Shown: piece by piece, positions 63,916 through 64,000 of the stretch
Numbering within the stretch: position 1 is the first letter of the stretch
Layout of the letters: the number at the start of each line of letters is the position of its first letter
NCBI GenBank assembly: GCA_021463645.1
Contig: JAJTYI010000004.1
Span: 174,277 to 238,276, forward strand
DNA: 64,000 nucleotides
Direction: 5' to 3'
DNA from: a bacterium
GTDB lineage: Bacteria; Patescibacteriota; Dojkabacteria; B142; OLB20
Notes under the pieces: model-generated
What the model saw: the letters and a program-made list of their open reading frames with translations, nothing else
Told to the model about the DNA's origin: nothing
Databases searched by the model: none
Program-made: the position numbers and the translations under genes

Positions 63916-63999
63916 CTACTTTTCTTCGTTCCTCAGTTTTTCAAGTTCTCCCCAATCCGTCAAATCCCACTTTATCGGCGTGATTGCAACAATATTGTC
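63916..63999 (-). CDS. 3' end of a minus-strand ORF continuing beyond the window
   Basis: The frame reads ...DNIVAITPIKWDLTDWGELEKLRNEEK-stop (TAG at 63916-63918) and is open to the window edge. Confidence 0.3.
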   Translation of the reverse strand, partial: DNIVAITPIKWDLTDWGELEKLRNEEK

Positions 64000-64000
64000 A

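Noticed and set aside
1-64000. Alternative genetic code (UGA or UAG reassignment), as in some candidate phyla
   Set aside because: Long conserved genes (gatB, recJ, atpA/B, glyA, zwf) are uninterrupted. TGA, TAA and TAG all terminate genes at the expected lengths.

Overview
AT-rich, gene-dense bacterial window of about 70 genes with short intergenic gaps, many overlapping stops and starts, and the standard genetic code. The gene content looks like an uncultivated small-genome, CPR/Patescibacteria-like, probably monoderm organism; that lineage call is inference only. Housekeeping genes: gatA (partial), gatB, rnhB, yraN, rplS, recX, sppA, carD-like, fur, greA-like, recJ, glyA, folD. Other blocks: a complete nine-gene V/A-type ATPase operon (20257-28626), a zwf-pgl-gnd oxidative pentose-phosphate operon, thiol-disulfide membrane proteins (DsbB/BdbC-like, CcdA), and a type II C5-methyltransferase R-M pair next to tRNA-Asn. 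Three tRNAs (Lys-UUU, Asn-GUU, Pro-UGG) each sit among partial copies of their own ends plus a dispersed family of GC-rich hairpins. At the tRNA-Pro locus a small GIY-YIG gene lies between the intact tRNA and a decayed, insertion-bearing copy. Most unusual items: (1) a minus-strand pyrimidine operon (58770-61033) whose ThyA-family enzyme has Asp at the Asn177 uracil/cytosine specificity position, followed by a CDA-fold deaminase and a DNPH1/MilB-like N-glycosidase; (2) a four-gene operon (43631-55655) with two paralogous ~1400-aa DUF2341/LamG/FN3 surface proteins sharing a conserved C-terminal tail, a fused MacB/FtsX-type ABC transporter and an anchored binding protein, the second giant gene showing mosaic codon usage. 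All functional calls come from motif reading by eye; no database search was possible.
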